Positions 62,584 through 64,000 of a stretch of 64,000 bases of DNA are shown here, one piece after another. The first letter of the stretch is position 1; each line of letters begins with the position of its first letter. The DNA comes from Pseudogymnoascus verrucosus (lineage: Eukaryota), in NCBI GenBank assembly GCA_001662655.1, contig KV460218.1; one strand, 5' to 3'. Position numbers and translations under genes: made by a program. The notes under the pieces are model-generated. The model saw only the letters and a program-made list of their open reading frames with translations, searched no databases and had not been told where the DNA came from.

Positions 62584-64000
62584 ATGCAACAACGAAGAGA
62601 TGAAATTCTCGCGAAGAAGGCGAAGCTTGAAGAGCTGAAGAGACAGAGAGCCCTCAGGGCAAGAGAGGTCTCAGCAACGAGGCAGAGCATAGGGAGCCCT
62701 GTAGATGTACGAACCCCTCGCTTTACACCATGTACATTTCTAACCTGCGCAGTTGATATCTCCGACGCCAGGGAGATCAGACAATCGCCGGGAACTCGAC
62801 AACCTTATATCCAGCTTAGTTGGCGACAGCAGGCCAGGCTCAACAGGTCCAGGAGGTGCAGGGTCTCCGGCGCACAGAGGGAGCAGGCCGAACAGCGTCC
62901 TGAGCGCAGGGGCATTAAGCAATGAGAATTCCGACATTGTGAGCCCGGCGGATGGTCCAGCAGCGCCACAGTCCCAAACACATACAATATCTACCCAGAC
63001 CCTCTCGACAGTCTCATTATCCACAGTCTACGAGTGTCCGCCATCGCCAGTCAAGGAAGTCTTCTCATACAGTAAAGGGGTCCAAACATCAGGGGACTGG
63101 GCGACAAGGGCAGACCAGGCGCGTCCATTCGCAGAGTCGGATAACGAGGATGGGCCATTACCCTCCACCCCCAACACCAAGAGACTGAGTAGGAGGGACA
63201 GGGATAGAGAGGAGGAGTTACGTCAAAATTTAAGGAAGGAGATTGAAGAGGAGCTCAAGGCTGCTAGAGATAGCATCTCGGATGGGCCACTGAAACCAGC
63301 GTCTCAAACTGGAGCCGCTGCGAACTTCCCGCTTCGAGAATTGTCAGATGAGGAGCTAGCCGCTATCAAAGAGTCGGACGACCTCCAAGACTTCCTCGAG
63401 AGATCGTGCAAGGTCATCGAGCGAGCCTTGGACCAAGAATATGATGTCCTGGCAGACTACGCACACAATAACAGCCTTGGCATGGATGATGAAGACGACG
63501 AGAATGACAATGTCGCTGGCAAAGGTCGGCGCAAGGTGAAGCAGGTAGCCCAGTTTTACGATGAGAGGTGGTCGAAGAAGAGGATGATTAGCTCTATCAA
63601 CTTCTCCCCCAAATTTCCAGAGCTTGTACTAGCTTCATATACGAAAAACCCTTCGGCGCCTCACGACCCAGACGGACTTGTTCAAGTATGGAATACCCAT
63701 CTCCACGACCGACCCGAGTTTGTGTTCCACGCGCAGTCAGATGTTCTCACAGCAAAATTCTCGCCATTCCACCCCAATCTTATCATTGGTGGTGCATATA
63801 GTGGGCAAGTCTTGCTATGGGATACACGAGCGAAATCTGCGCCTGTCCAAAAGACGCCCCTGACCGGTTCGGGCCATACCCATCCAGTATACTCAGTCGA
63901 CATTGTCGGCACCCAAAACGCCAACAACATCCTCTCCTGCTCCACCGACGGCGTAGTCTGCGGATGGTCCGTCGACATGTTCACGCAACCGCAAGAACTC
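62584..64000 (+). CDS. PAC11: Cytoplasmic dynein intermediate chain (5' part; runs off the window)
   Basis: MQQRRDEILAKKAKLEELKRQR, SYSKGVQT (LC8 site), SCKVIERALD, WD40 repeats (SPKFPELVLASY, PEFVFHAQSDVL, GGAYSGQVLLWD, GHTHPVY). Confidence 0.93.

Overview
Gene-dense, intron-containing DNA from a filamentous ascomycete (GT..CTRAC..YAG introns of ~50 nt; a Leotiomycete such as Pseudogymnoascus is a guess). Most of it is housekeeping: ADH, ARP3, taspase, GDE1, a PPR protein, DUF866, SmF, PRMT5, PRP43, a MSS116-like helicase, an MFS transporter, THR4, RPS15, RPP2, SPT2, a SET protein, complex I 17.8 kDa subunit, SIL1, STT3, ATP synthase e, dynein intermediate chain and two intron-containing tRNAs. 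The main finding is a 13-exon gene at 46188-48286 that the ORF track cannot see. Each of its first 12 exons encodes one C-x4(-8)-C-xn-C-x2-H zinc-finger-like module, and all 12 introns split the module's terminal His codon (C|AY), so every internal exon is a frame-neutral cassette. It lies next to a CpG-eroded repeat relic between THR4 and RPS15. Other leads are a divergent pair of PemK/MazF-like paralogs around ADH, an uncharacterised protein with eIF4E-binding and PAM2-like motifs, a SET protein ending in a CaaX box, and a degenerate chromodomain ORF ending 19 nt before SIL1. Exon coordinates were derived by hand and no searches were run.
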